Position numbers and translations under genes: made by a program. A stretch of 64,000 bases of DNA. Source: Candidatus Gottesmanbacteria bacterium UBA5942. GTDB lineage: Bacteria > Patescibacteriota > Microgenomatia > UBA10105 > UBA927. Location: assembly GCA_002430725.1 (NCBI GenBank), contig DJCU01000001.1:9639-73638 (forward strand). The letters are read 5' to 3'. The notes beneath the pieces were generated by a model. The model did no database searches. It was not told the origin of the DNA and saw nothing but the letters and a program-made list of their open reading frames with translations. Positions 46,914 to 56,988 of this stretch are shown here, piece by piece. Position 1 is the first letter of the stretch; the number at the start of each line of letters is the position of its first letter.

Positions 46914-47031
46914 GCCTTTACTTTGTAATTTTCGTCATTTTCGTTATTATCGTTCTAGTATCTGTCAATTGTTACGAGTTATTTTATTGCTTTGTAAATT
47001 TGTTAACAGTTAATTGTTAATAGTTCATTGT

Positions 47032-47829
47032 ATGTACATCGACACCCACGTACAGCTTAATTTTTCAGACTTTGACGCTGATCGTGCCATGGTCATCGGA
47101 AACGCCAAAAAAGCCGGGGTCAAACAATTTATCGTGCCTGGTGTTGATCATCTTTCGTGCCGCACCGCGGTACATTTTGCTCACGAGTACCCTGGTATTA
47201 TTTTTGCCGCAGTGGGCTTTCACCCATACGAGGCACCCAAAAATCCTGATCTTTCGTATATTGAAACACTCCTAAAAGACGATGCAAACAAAAATTATAT
47301 AGTCGCTATTGGTGAATGTGGACTAGACTACCACCAATATAAAGGTGAAGTTGCCGGAGGACGAAAAGATGTGCAGCAAAAATTATTTAGAGAACAGCTC
47401 GAGATAGCAAATTTTTATGATCTTCCCGTTATTATTCACTGTCGAGAAGCGTTTGATGATTTGTTTGCTACACTCAATACGCTCAACAAAATTCCACGCG
47501 GAGTCGTGCACTGTTTTTCTGGTGGACTGCAAGACCTCAGAGTGATACAGGAACTCGGCTTATACGTTGGGATAGACGGCAATGTTACATATTCAAAACA
47601 ATTAGCAACAATTGTTCCTCATATCTCGCTTTCCATGCTGCTACTCGAAACTGATGCACCGTACCTTACGCCTGTTCCACACCGCGGTACAAGAAACGAA
47701 CCGAAATACATACCCCTCATAGCCCAAAAAATTGCGTCACTCCAAGGAAAAGAAGTGAGTGTCATCATGGAGGAAACGACCAAAAATGCACAGGCACTTT
47801 TTTCCCTTCCGGAAAATGAGCGCCTATAA
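47032..47829 (+). CDS. tatD: TatD-family metal-dependent hydrolase/DNase.
   Basis: YIDTHVQLN...IGECGLDY...IHCREAFDD...VHCFSG TatD His/Glu/Asp motifs. Confidence 0.85.
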   Translation: MYIDTHVQLNFSDFDADRAMVIGNAKKAGVKQFIVPGVDHLSCRTAVHFAHEYPGIIFAAVGFHPYEAPKNPDLSYIETLLKDDANKNYIVAIGECGLDYHQYKGEVAGGRKDVQQKLFREQLEIANFYDLPVIIHCREAFDDLFATLNTLNKIPRGVVHCFSGGLQDLRVIQELGLYVGIDGNVTYSKQLATIVPHISLSMLLLETDAPYLTPVPHRGTRNEPKYIPLIAQKIASLQGKEVSVIMEETTKNAQALFSLPENERL

Positions 47830-47876
47830 TACTCACCAAGGCTGTGCAAAGCCATTAGGTTTAGCGCCATCCTGCG

Positions 47877-47885
47877 TGGTATAAT
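47877..47885 (+). promoter_or_regulatory. Extended -10 element (TGgTATAAT) 13 nt upstream of the GT2 gene ATG.
   Basis: TGGTATAAT at 47877-47885 and ATG at 47899. Confidence 0.4.
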
Positions 47886-47898
47886 TTAGCTTGATCCT

Positions 47899-49380
47899 AT
47901 GCGCCAGATATTTTTGCGCTACCCCAATAAAACGTTGCGGCTTTTTGAAATAGCGATTCCTCTATTTTCGTGGTTTATTATCACGCTTCCTTTGTGGCTT
48001 TCGTTCTGGCATCCTGCTTTAGTCGCGTATCTTATTATTACGTTTGACGTGTACTGGTTTTACAAGTCAGTCACCCTCGTCATTTTTGCAGTCCGCTCGT
48101 TTGTCACGTTCACCGCACACGCTGCTATAAATTGGCTTGCACAAGCAAAAAGTCTTCCAAATTTTGAACATATCTGGCACGTTATTATCATTCCTGAATA
48201 CCAAGAACCCTTGCATATTCTCAAGCGCACGCTCGAAAATTTAGCAAACCAAGATTTTCCGCGTGAACGGATGATTGTAGTACTCGCAACGGAGGCAAAA
48301 GATACAAATAGCGCGGAAACTGCTACACAACTAAAAAAAGAATTTGGCAAACGATTTGGTCATTTTCTGGTAACCAAGCATACATTGGTCGCAGGTGAAA
48401 TCGCAGGAAAATCGTCCAACATGGCACACGCAGCCAAACAAGCTGCTCTGCTTATTCATTCCAAAAAAATTCCTCTTCCCTGGGTCACCGTTACTTCATG
48501 TGACGCGGATGCCCTTCCTCATCCAAAATATTTTTCCGCATTGGCTTACCAATTTTTGAAAGACCCTGAACGTCACGATCATTTTTATCAAGGAAGCATC
48601 ATGTTTTATAACAATATTTGGCGTATACCGCTCCCTTATCGGTTTCTTAATACGCTTAACAGCATGTGGAACCTTGCGTTTTTATCACAGCAATCACGAC
48701 TTATTAATTTTTCTACCTACTCACTTTCTTTTCAAACCGCCGCCTCGGTGGGCTATTGGGCGGTAGATGTCATACCAGAGGATTACCACATGTTTTTTAC
48801 CGTATATTTTGCCCGAGGTGAACGCGTATCGGTACAACCAATATTTCTTCCAATACTGGTAGATGCCGCAGAAAGTACTGGATTTTTCCGTACATTCATA
48901 AATCAATATGAACAATCCAAACGATGGGCATGGGGTGTTTCTGATATTCCCTACGTTATCCGAGAAGCTTTCCTGCATCCAGAAATTAAACTTTCGGATC
49001 GCGTGCGAAGAGTTGCATCACTATTAGAGCATCATCTCCTCTGGCCAACAAATTGGTTTATCCTCACCCTTGGAAGCACAGTGCCACCGCTCATTAATCA
49101 AGATTTTGCACGAACAGTACTCGGACATAATCTCGCACGCATTTCTTCGGGGATACTCACGCTTTCAACTATATTTTTGATTATCGTCTTTATTATTGAC
49201 TGGCGTATTAAGCCTCCGCCACCCAAATCATATCCCAAGTGGAAATTACCACTTTTGTATCTCCAGTGGTTAACACTTCCCATTATTTCATTTTTTCTCT
49301 CGGCACTCCCAGGGCTCGATGCTCACACGAGGTTGCTTCTGGGTAAACGACTGGAATACCGAGTGACGGAAAAGATATAA
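47899..49380 (+). CDS. Membrane-embedded processive family-2 glycosyltransferase (cellulose/chitin/hyaluronan-synthase-like).
   Basis: Two N-terminal and several C-terminal TM helices. VIIPEYQEP, TSCDADAL (DxD), PEDYHM (TED-like) and YEQSKRWAWG (QxxRW) motifs. Confidence 0.75.
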   Translation: MRQIFLRYPNKTLRLFEIAIPLFSWFIITLPLWLSFWHPALVAYLIITFDVYWFYKSVTLVIFAVRSFVTFTAHAAINWLAQAKSLPNFEHIWHVIIIPEYQEPLHILKRTLENLANQDFPRERMIVVLATEAKDTNSAETATQLKKEFGKRFGHFLVTKHTLVAGEIAGKSSNMAHAAKQAALLIHSKKIPLPWVTVTSCDADALPHPKYFSALAYQFLKDPERHDHFYQGSIMFYNNIWRIPLPYRFLNTLNSMWNLAFLSQQSRLINFSTYSLSFQTAASVGYWAVDVIPEDYHMFFTVYFARGERVSVQPIFLPILVDAAESTGFFRTFINQYEQSKRWAWGVSDIPYVIREAFLHPEIKLSDRVRRVASLLEHHLLWPTNWFILTLGSTVPPLINQDFARTVLGHNLARISSGILTLSTIFLIIVFIIDWRIKPPPPKSYPKWKLPLLYLQWLTLPIISFFLSALPGLDAHTRLLLGKRLEYRVTEKI

Positions 49381-49392
49381 TAAATACAACGT

Positions 49393-50709
49393 ATGTTGAA
49401 TCAATTACTCTCCCACACACCATTGCTCTATTTGGTGCAAAGTTTATGGCGAGACGAAGCATTTTCTATCCTCGCTTCACAGCAACCGCTTTCATTTATT
49501 GCGACAAAATTAGGATTTGAGCCACCTGTATACTACACACTGCTTCATTTCTGGATAAAATTATTCGGAACAAGTGAAGTTGCTGCAAGAAGCTTATCGG
49601 TGTTGGGTTTTCTGATGGCGACTATCCTCATTATAGAGTGGGGACACACCATGTACAAAAAACATTGGCTCGCGTGGTATCTGCCGCTTATTTTTTTCCT
49701 TAACCCCATGTTGCTGTATTACTCGTTTGAAGTACGCACGTATGCATGGTATACATTTTTTGCAACCGCAATGCTTGTTACCTTTATCGAAAAGAAATGG
49801 CGATGGTTTATCGCATCTGCAGTATTAGGATTTTATACACATGTCTATCTGCTTCCATTTTTTGGCACGCTCGTTTTACATTATCTCTGGACAAATAAAC
49901 CAACACGTAAATCATTGTGGACGTTTATAAAAAAAGATAAAGGACTTCATGCATTAGCGATTGCGGGAGCATTCATGATCCCATGGGTAGTAAAAGCTGC
50001 TCTAGAGGCAACACGCCTCAAGAGTTCATGGTATTTCCCGGTCGATTGGCAACTCGTGAAGTCTGCACTCGGAAACTTGTTTGTCGGCTATGAAGGTACT
50101 CCCTGGTACGGATGGAAGTATACATATTACCTTTCACTCGGCATTATCGGGGCTTCGCTCTTTGCACTAAAAGACAAAGCACAGCGCCGCCGAAATCTGC
50201 TATTTATCCTGTTTGGTGCATTACCGCTTGTTGTCATCATCGCTGCGTCATTTATAAAGCCGCTTTATGTAAACCGATACCTGTTGCCCGTTACGATCGC
50301 AGAGGTACTTATTGTCGTAGCAGCATTAGCAGCGATAAAACAGACGATTATCCAAAAAATTGCAGCAGGAGCAATACTTGCAGGCATCCTTTGGTTTAAT
50401 TGGTGGTATTCGCCATATCATGCAAAACCTCCAATTCGCACGACATTTGAACAAATATACACACTTGAAAAACCCGGTGACCTTATCCTCGCTTCGGATT
50501 CGCTTATTTATCTCGAAGCGCTCTACTATGCAAAAGATAAAAATAAGGTATATCTCTATAACCCAAATAATAACGAATTCCCCTGGTACGTAGGAGACGC
50601 ACTTATTACCCCATCTCGCATGATCCGCGATTACCCCGTTTACCCCAAGCGTGGCTTTTTGGTATATCCTGATACTACATTTGAAATTGTCTACCAAATG
50701 CCTTTATGA
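49393..50709 (+). CDS. GT-C fold polyprenyl-phosphate-sugar-dependent glycosyltransferase (ArnT/PMT-like).
   Basis: Polytopic membrane protein of about 11 TM helices with the first-loop acidic motif WRDEAF typical of GT-C (GT39/GT83-like) enzymes. Confidence 0.6.
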   Translation: MLNQLLSHTPLLYLVQSLWRDEAFSILASQQPLSFIATKLGFEPPVYYTLLHFWIKLFGTSEVAARSLSVLGFLMATILIIEWGHTMYKKHWLAWYLPLIFFLNPMLLYYSFEVRTYAWYTFFATAMLVTFIEKKWRWFIASAVLGFYTHVYLLPFFGTLVLHYLWTNKPTRKSLWTFIKKDKGLHALAIAGAFMIPWVVKAALEATRLKSSWYFPVDWQLVKSALGNLFVGYEGTPWYGWKYTYYLSLGIIGASLFALKDKAQRRRNLLFILFGALPLVVIIAASFIKPLYVNRYLLPVTIAEVLIVVAALAAIKQTIIQKIAAGAILAGILWFNWWYSPYHAKPPIRTTFEQIYTLEKPGDLILASDSLIYLEALYYAKDKNKVYLYNPNNNEFPWYVGDALITPSRMIRDYPVYPKRGFLVYPDTTFEIVYQMPL

Positions 50710-51095
50710 AATTCACCCTTCCCGTTTCTCCTCCACAAGAATTACTCCAAGGGATTGGCTCGACAAAAATGACATGGGAGTATCGATGGGCAACAAATGC
50801 AGTTATTACTCAACTCATCGTGGGAAGCGGAGTCCTTGCATGGTTTTGGAGATTTTTACCTCCCGAGATACCCCTTTGGTATAGTCGACCATGGGGACAG
50901 GAACGATTAGCCTCTCCATGGTTTCTTTTGTTGCCGATGGCGACTGCCATAGTGGTTTACCTTATTAACCTTTTGCTTATCGCCAAATTTGCATCACAAC
51001 ACCCCATGTTTACTCGCGTACTCCTCCTTACTTCACTCCTTGTATCGTGCTTAAGTGGCGCTATGGTTATACGCATTATTACACTTATAAGTTAA
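50706..51095 (+). CDS. Small three-TM membrane protein, translationally coupled to the GT-C gene (ATGA overlap).
   Basis: 129 aa, hydrophobic helices, start overlaps the upstream stop. Confidence 0.45.
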   Translation: MKFTLPVSPPQELLQGIGSTKMTWEYRWATNAVITQLIVGSGVLAWFWRFLPPEIPLWYSRPWGQERLASPWFLLLPMATAIVVYLINLLLIAKFASQHPMFTRVLLLTSLLVSCLSGAMVIRIITLIS

Positions 51096-51097
51096 TG

Positions 51098-52180
51098 ATC
51101 GAATTCCTTCCATCACTACTTGCTGCCGCGCTCATTACCTTCGGCTTAACACCGCTCGTTATCAGATTTGCCCGCCAGCATGGTCTCGTCGATGACCCAA
51201 AGCATCGATACCACCCTGCGCATACGCATAAAGGTGTTATTCCTCGGGCAGGAGGGTTAGCGCTATTTTTGGGCATTGCCACCATGATGCTTATAGCACT
51301 CCCTATGAACCCTCAAATCATGGGAATTATTGTCGGAAGCGTTATTCTCATGATTGTCGGGCTATTTGATGACAAACGGGACGTAAACCCATATATACGA
51401 CTCGGAACAAATATTTTGGTTGCGATAATAGTCGTTGCCACTGGGAGCAGTATCCCATTTATCACAAACCCGCTTACCGGTGGTGTACTACCACTCTCAA
51501 TATGGAGCTTTGCCATAGAGCTAGGTGGCAACAGTGTCGTTATCGGTCTTCCCCACTTTTTGGCAATTATCTGGATAGTGTGGACTATGAACATTATTGG
51601 GTGGTCTGCCGGAGTTGACGGACAAATGCCTGGATATGTCGCAATCTCTGCTTTTATATTAGGGCTTTTATCTCTTCGGTATAGTTTGCTTGATGCCAAC
51701 CAAATTTGGGTAACGATACTCGCATTTATTGTCGCTGGAGCGTATGTAGGATTTCTTCCTTGGAATTTTTATCCCCAGAAAATTATGCCCGGGTACGGTG
51801 GCAAAACGCTGGCAGGATTTTTTCTCGCCCTCTTGGGTATTTTGTCTTTCGCAAAATTAGGGACTGCCCTGCTCGTTCTTGGTATCCCTATGTTAGACGC
51901 GGTGGCGACTCTTATAAGACGCATAGGGTTGAGAAAGTCGCCCGTACTTGCTGATCGGGGACATCTTCACCACCGACTATTGGACTTAGGGTGGAGCAAG
52001 CCAAAAATCGCCTTGTTTTACTGGGGAGTCTCGGCTATACTTGGGCTGGTATCGCTTACAGTCACAAGCACACTAAAAGTATTCACTTTTGTTGCTGTAG
52101 CTGTAGCGCTATCCATGTTTCTCGTATGGGTCAGCTTCTTTACGCAATTCTCAAAGCAGCAAGACCACGACAGTGGCTAA
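51098..52180 (+). CDS. Polyprenyl-phosphate N-acetylhexosamine-1-phosphate transferase (GT4, MraY/WecA family).
   Basis: GLFDDKRD (DDxxD) and HLHHRL motifs. About 10 TM helices. Confidence 0.75.
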   Translation: MEFLPSLLAAALITFGLTPLVIRFARQHGLVDDPKHRYHPAHTHKGVIPRAGGLALFLGIATMMLIALPMNPQIMGIIVGSVILMIVGLFDDKRDVNPYIRLGTNILVAIIVVATGSSIPFITNPLTGGVLPLSIWSFAIELGGNSVVIGLPHFLAIIWIVWTMNIIGWSAGVDGQMPGYVAISAFILGLLSLRYSLLDANQIWVTILAFIVAGAYVGFLPWNFYPQKIMPGYGGKTLAGFFLALLGILSFAKLGTALLVLGIPMLDAVATLIRRIGLRKSPVLADRGHLHHRLLDLGWSKPKIALFYWGVSAILGLVSLTVTSTLKVFTFVAVAVALSMFLVWVSFFTQFSKQQDHDSG

Positions 52181-53064
52181 AAAACTTAGCGCTGTTCACT
52201 ACGATATTCTTTACAGGACACTTATTTAATACCTCTCTTCTTAGTGATTCTCTCCTCGGATTTGTCGCGTTCTGTTTTCTTTCCTCATCAAATTACATAT
52301 TAAATGACGTACTCGATGCCCCCGCTGACAGACGTCACCCGTTTAAAAAATTTCGCCCTGTCGCGAGTGGCAAACTACCGGTAAAAACAGCGTTACTTGT
52401 ATCTTTACTCCTCCTCGTTTCTGGATTAGGAATAGCGCAGATAATCGGTCAAACATTTTTTCTCTTTTCCCTGGTCTTTATCCTGCTGCAGTACTCGTAT
52501 TCGATTATCTTGAAGCACATATCTGTCATTGATATTGTCGCAATTACTGCAGGGTACGTACTTCGCGTCTACGCGGGAGAAGCGGCAAGTGGATATCATA
52601 TTTCTATCTGGCTTGCGCTTGCAGCATTATCGCTCGCACTATTTCTTGCTATCGGCAAACGGAGAGCAGAACTCACCCTAATCCAAGGCTCTGGAGACGC
52701 ATCACCCAAAGATACGAGGGCAGCATTATCGCACTATTCTGAAAAACTTTTGGATGCGTATACGTCTATGTTCGCCACCAGTACGTTTATCTCATACACG
52801 TATTTTACATTCCTTGAGCGCCCGATCACCCAGGGGCTTATATTTAAAAACTACAGTGACTTCGTTATCGGTATACCAGATCGCAAATGGATGATGATGA
52901 CCATACCATTTGTCCTATATGGCATTATGCGATACATGCAGCTTATTTATCATGGAAAAGGTGAGTCACCTGAGCAAGTGTTAACGACAGACTTACCACT
53001 CCTTAGCACTGTTATCCTTTGGACAGGGGCTGCATTTTTTGTCATCTATGGTATCGGGGGCTGA
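52126..53064 (+). CDS. UbiA-family prenyl(phosphate) transferase, possibly decaprenyl-phosphate phosphoribosyltransferase-like.
   Basis: NDVLDAPADRRHP (NDxxDxxxD) and ARPRQWLKNL N-terminus. About 8 TM helices. The start is inferred and overlaps the upstream gene by about 55 nt. Confidence 0.6.
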   Translation: MGQLLYAILKAARPRQWLKNLALFTTIFFTGHLFNTSLLSDSLLGFVAFCFLSSSNYILNDVLDAPADRRHPFKKFRPVASGKLPVKTALLVSLLLLVSGLGIAQIIGQTFFLFSLVFILLQYSYSIILKHISVIDIVAITAGYVLRVYAGEAASGYHISIWLALAALSLALFLAIGKRRAELTLIQGSGDASPKDTRAALSHYSEKLLDAYTSMFATSTFISYTYFTFLERPITQGLIFKNYSDFVIGIPDRKWMMMTIPFVLYGIMRYMQLIYHGKGESPEQVLTTDLPLLSTVILWTGAAFFVIYGIGG

Positions 53065-53070
53065 TACGTG

Positions 53071-53598
53071 TTAGGAGTTTATATCTATCTTTTCACTAAT
53101 TACTTCAACTAACTGAGAATTGTTCCATGTGCTGTAGTTATAAACAATTCCCGGCTTGTTCCCCAAGACGTGAGGAAGATAGTATTTTACCGGAGGGAAC
53201 ACCTCTTTTTTCTCCAAGACTTCTGCTTTGTTCATCCATGCGGCATTACCTTCGCGAGAAGCAAATACAACATCCGGTTTCTGGGATACATTGGCCAAAA
53301 AACCAAAAACGATAAATAGCTCGTTGCGATCTGTATGATGGTGCATTGCTACAAATTTAAGTTGTATTTCTGACGGGAGAAGCGTTATCCCAACCTCTTC
53401 ATGAACCTCGCGGATAGCAGCTGATAACGGATCTTCTCCTTCCTCTATATGTCCCCCAGGGAGCGCGAGCCAGCCAGGAAATATTTTTTTGGTATCACTT
53501 CTTCGAAACATAAGTACTTCTTCCCCGCATACAACAAAAATATCTACGGTAAGTACAGGCGTGGCTACGGTATGTGGTTGTGTCGAAAGAGCGCTCAT
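53071..53598 (-). CDS. NUDIX hydrolase.
   Basis: Nudix box GGHIEEGEDPLSAAIREVHEEVGI. Confidence 0.8.
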   Translation of the reverse strand: MSALSTQPHTVATPVLTVDIFVVCGEEVLMFRRSDTKKIFPGWLALPGGHIEEGEDPLSAAIREVHEEVGITLLPSEIQLKFVAMHHHTDRNELFIVFGFLANVSQKPDVVFASREGNAAWMNKAEVLEKKEVFPPVKYYLPHVLGNKPGIVYNYSTWNNSQLVEVISEKIDINS

Positions 53599-53632
53599 AA
53601 ACTAAGTATACCAGGAGAAAAGACAACGGGAA

Positions 53633-54514
53633 TTACTCTGTTTTATCCGCGTACTGGGAAGAAATCCATCCTTTGTTAGTGCCATCGTAAGAAATTTGAT
53701 ACCAAGAACTCTGCGTATTAAATAAGTGATATCGCTCACCGGGGTTCACTCGAGCGGCTTCAGTTGAAGAAGTAGAAGGCTCCATGCGTACCCGAAGAAA
53801 CCCTGTCGGTGTATCTTTGATAGTGACGTATGGTTTTTGTGGGACTGCAGATGATGTGGCAGTCGTGCCACCTGCAGCTACTGTTGGCGATGGTGTGACT
53901 CCCGCTGAAGATGTCGACTCACTTGTTGCAGGAACACCACCAGCAGAAAGCGCTAACTTCATGCTCGCGATGAGCTTGTACCCAGTCGTCAATTTTACTT
54001 TCATACTTCTCGTCAAAAATCCTGGGGAAGTAACGGTTAACGTGTGATCTCCTGCCTCTGCATCTGAAATCGTAATTGGCGAAATTCCTTTGGTGACGTC
54101 ATCCAAGACAACTGAGGCGCCGTCAGGGTTGGTGATCACCGAAAACTCTGGCTTGCCAGCAACGCTTTTTTCCAGCCACAGCACGTCTACCGCAGACGAA
54201 AGCTCAGATTCTGAAAGAATAGCGTTCACATAGGTAAGAAGATTAGGTCCTACCGATATTTTTGCCTGCCATGGAGCTACTTCTCCAGTGGTTGATTCGG
54301 CTACTAATCGGATTGTGTACTCACCTGCTGTCACTTTTTCCCGAAGAGGTGTACGACCGATGTGTTTGTTGTCCAAAAATACGCTCACTGTCGGTGTGGC
54401 GTCTACCCGCAACTCACCTTCTTTGGGTGCGCGGTTTCCTAATAACTTTACAGCTCCCACGATAACGAGGATAACAACAAGGAAAACGAGGAGAAAGCTG
54501 ATTTTACGCTTCAT
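53633..54514 (-). CDS. Membrane-anchored protein with two PEGA domains and a C-terminal bacterial SH3 domain.
   Basis: TM FLLVFLVVILVIVGAV. PEGA-like blocks (ATPTVSVFLDNKHIGRTPL; PDGASVVLDDVTKGISPITI). C-terminal GFLRVRMEPS...SSWYQISYDGTNKGWISSQY is SH3b-like. Confidence 0.55.
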   Translation of the reverse strand: MKRKISFLLVFLVVILVIVGAVKLLGNRAPKEGELRVDATPTVSVFLDNKHIGRTPLREKVTAGEYTIRLVAESTTGEVAPWQAKISVGPNLLTYVNAILSESELSSAVDVLWLEKSVAGKPEFSVITNPDGASVVLDDVTKGISPITISDAEAGDHTLTVTSPGFLTRSMKVKLTTGYKLIASMKLALSAGGVPATSESTSSAGVTPSPTVAAGGTTATSSAVPQKPYVTIKDTPTGFLRVRMEPSTSSTEAARVNPGERYHLFNTQSSWYQISYDGTNKGWISSQYADKTE

Positions 54515-54613
54515 AAATTGAGTTCGATCATACCACATCTGACAAGTTTCAGGCAATGTTACAGGCTCTCGCAAATTTGACTTTAGGGCTTTTTTACGCT
54601 ACAATACGCGGTA

Positions 54614-55312
54614 TTGAACCACTCCTCCGGGGGTGGTTTTTTAGTCACTACGCCTATGTATAAAACCGCGCTTTTATGGCTGACACGGCCGTACCACGGA
54701 AGCAATCGGTTAAGCCGCGTCATCCGTCAAAAAATTGAGGGAAAGCCGCTGTCTGAAGTCATCGGCATACCGCTTATTAGCTTTGCATTTTTTGCAGCTA
54801 TTGTCGTGCCGCAAACACAGGCAGGGTTTAGTGCGGCAGAGGTATACCTAGACACCCAGTCTACTACGGTAAATGCGGTAGTGACCCCTTCCCGCTTCCG
54901 ATGGCCACTTGCAACCTTCGGTATTTCCCAATTTTCTTCTGGCTGGCATACAGCGCTTGACCTTACAAATCCAGCAGGCACACCTATTTACCCGGTCACC
55001 GATGGAAAAATAATACTGGTTGCCTCTCTGTTTAACGGATATGGCAAACACGTCATCGTAGAACACGACAACAACATGACCTCAACATACGCCCATTTAT
55101 CAAAAATTACGGTGACAGAAGGTCAAACAGTAACCAAAGACACCGAACTCGGTACAGTCGGTGCTACTGGCTGGGCTACCGGAAACCACTTACACTTAGA
55201 GATCCATCAGGATGGAGCTGCATTAAATCCTATGGAAGTATTGCCACAAATCCAGAAGTATGAACCAGGTCGTCAGATAACACACCAGATACCCTCCGAT
55301 ATCTCGCTATAA
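54614..55312 (+). CDS. M23-family peptidoglycan endopeptidase (LytM-like).
   Basis: HTALDL...YGKHVIVEH...TGWATGNHLHLEIH contains the HxxxD and HxH metal-binding motifs of peptidase M23. The start could instead be the in-frame Met at 54656. Confidence 0.75.
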   Translation: MNHSSGGGFLVTTPMYKTALLWLTRPYHGSNRLSRVIRQKIEGKPLSEVIGIPLISFAFFAAIVVPQTQAGFSAAEVYLDTQSTTVNAVVTPSRFRWPLATFGISQFSSGWHTALDLTNPAGTPIYPVTDGKIILVASLFNGYGKHVIVEHDNNMTSTYAHLSKITVTEGQTVTKDTELGTVGATGWATGNHLHLEIHQDGAALNPMEVLPQIQKYEPGRQITHQIPSDISL

Positions 55313-56095
55313 GTACTTCGTAAAAAATGCGACAACGGGAGTATGCACCACAGGAAGTAATGACGTGTCTCGTTTGTATTTGTGATCAATATTTTCCAGT
55401 AACAGCCATTCCTTGGGGCAATGAAGTGCTTCGTAAATTTTTTGCGTCTCTTGCCAGGGCACTTCGGTATCCAATAATCCTGCGACCACCAGTGCATGAG
55501 GATGAAAAATCCCATGTGCTGCCTCCAAGACATCGTGCTGTGGCAAATCTGCATCTAACCGATACGCGTATGGCACGCGGATAGTGCTACCATCTCTACT
55601 ACTTATTTTTTCCATAAATCCTGATTTTTTCCATTCTTCCTCTATATTCCCATAGGCAGTATTCGCAAATTCTACCGGTGCTGACACCGCGCACAGCGCC
55701 TTCACTCTGGCATAATCATAACTAAATAACACTGCAAGCTTGCCACCCATACTATGCCCATATACGCCACACCGAGACTCATCAATATACGGTAACGTTG
55801 TTACGTAATTATAGACCGCATCTGCATCCCGCCTATAATTGCTAAAACGATAATCATGCTCAAGTGATCCTTCGCTATCGCCAAATCCAGATGCGGTAAA
55901 CCGCACAGTAACTATTCCTTTTTCGGCCAATCGTTTCGCGATATCGACAAGATCAACACCTTCTTTGTAGCCGGTAAACCCATGAAAAATAAATACAACT
56001 GGTCGTTTACCATCGACTTCCGGCTTATAAATCTCTGTTGCGAGATTGAGCTTTTTTTTATTTGGGATATGTATAAATATCGTTTTGTAGGTCAT
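55307..56095 (-). CDS. Alpha/beta hydrolase (esterase/peptidase-like).
   Basis: VVFIFHGFTGYKEG...GVYGHSMGG nucleophile elbow. The start overlaps the upstream stop as ATGA. Confidence 0.65.
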   Translation of the reverse strand: MTYKTIFIHIPNKKKLNLATEIYKPEVDGKRPVVFIFHGFTGYKEGVDLVDIAKRLAEKGIVTVRFTASGFGDSEGSLEHDYRFSNYRRDADAVYNYVTTLPYIDESRCGVYGHSMGGKLAVLFSYDYARVKALCAVSAPVEFANTAYGNIEEEWKKSGFMEKISSRDGSTIRVPYAYRLDADLPQHDVLEAAHGIFHPHALVVAGLLDTEVPWQETQKIYEALHCPKEWLLLENIDHKYKRDTSLLPVVHTPVVAFFTKYL

Positions 56096-56982
56096 AACGA
56101 AGAGGTTGTAACCCACGACACAATTTCACTCACAAACTCAGCTTCTTTTCCAGTAAACCCGTGATCTGCATCGTTTATGATGACGCTCTTGTATACCGAT
56201 GATGCAGCGTGTGCATCAAATGATTTACGGATTGTGGTTATCGGCTGATCTGCGTGCTCATCGTTACCAGCAAATATTACAAGAAGCGGTGACTTAATTG
56301 CACCAAATGTCGATAGCGCGCCTATTTCATCACGATAATTAAATACATCTTCGGGTGATCCTTTACCCAATAAACTCATCCACCGCTTGGGAGTAAGCGG
56401 GAAGAAATCAAATCCGGTCAGCAACTCGTCACCTTTCCCCTCACGTATTTTTTGTTCCATGATGCGCTGATGTTCGCGATTTATCGCTTCATCAAATCCT
56501 GCTGAATATCTATCGGACATTGGGCCTGCAAGCACAACACCGGAAACCCGATCGTCTGGCACTGTTCCTGCGTAGTAACACACTTTGTTTGCACCCGTAC
56601 TATGACCGACCAGCGTTACGCTCGAATATCCGCGGTGTACGAAAAATGATACCATCGCATCGATATCTTTGATGCAATCGGTAAAGTTTTCTACTCCCGA
56701 GCCGATTGTTTCGTGTACATACCCCTTCTCATTGGCACTATCTAACCTGTGGGTACTGGTAACATAATCATGGCCGCGCGTGTGAAATGATGCAAAACCA
56801 ATGCCCTGCTCATCACTCATATTTGCAAATAGTTCCATAAGCTTGGGGTCACTATAAAATTTACTCGTGAGTCCATGTACCCAGACGATGGCTTTCTTTC
56901 CCGGATTTTTGGGGAGATGAAAAATACCCTGATGTACGAGATTGTCTGACGTGATAATTTCTTCTAACGAAAATTGGGTCAT
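56092..56982 (-). CDS. Alpha/beta hydrolase (second copy, translationally coupled to the next gene).
   Basis: AIVWVHGLTS...LVGHSTGA nucleophile elbow and C-terminal Asp/His. Confidence 0.65.
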   Translation of the reverse strand: MTQFSLEEIITSDNLVHQGIFHLPKNPGKKAIVWVHGLTSKFYSDPKLMELFANMSDEQGIGFASFHTRGHDYVTSTHRLDSANEKGYVHETIGSGVENFTDCIKDIDAMVSFFVHRGYSSVTLVGHSTGANKVCYYAGTVPDDRVSGVVLAGPMSDRYSAGFDEAINREHQRIMEQKIREGKGDELLTGFDFFPLTPKRWMSLLGKGSPEDVFNYRDEIGALSTFGAIKSPLLVIFAGNDEHADQPITTIRKSFDAHAASSVYKSVIINDADHGFTGKEAEFVSEIVSWVTTSSL

Positions 56983-56988
56983 ATAGGG

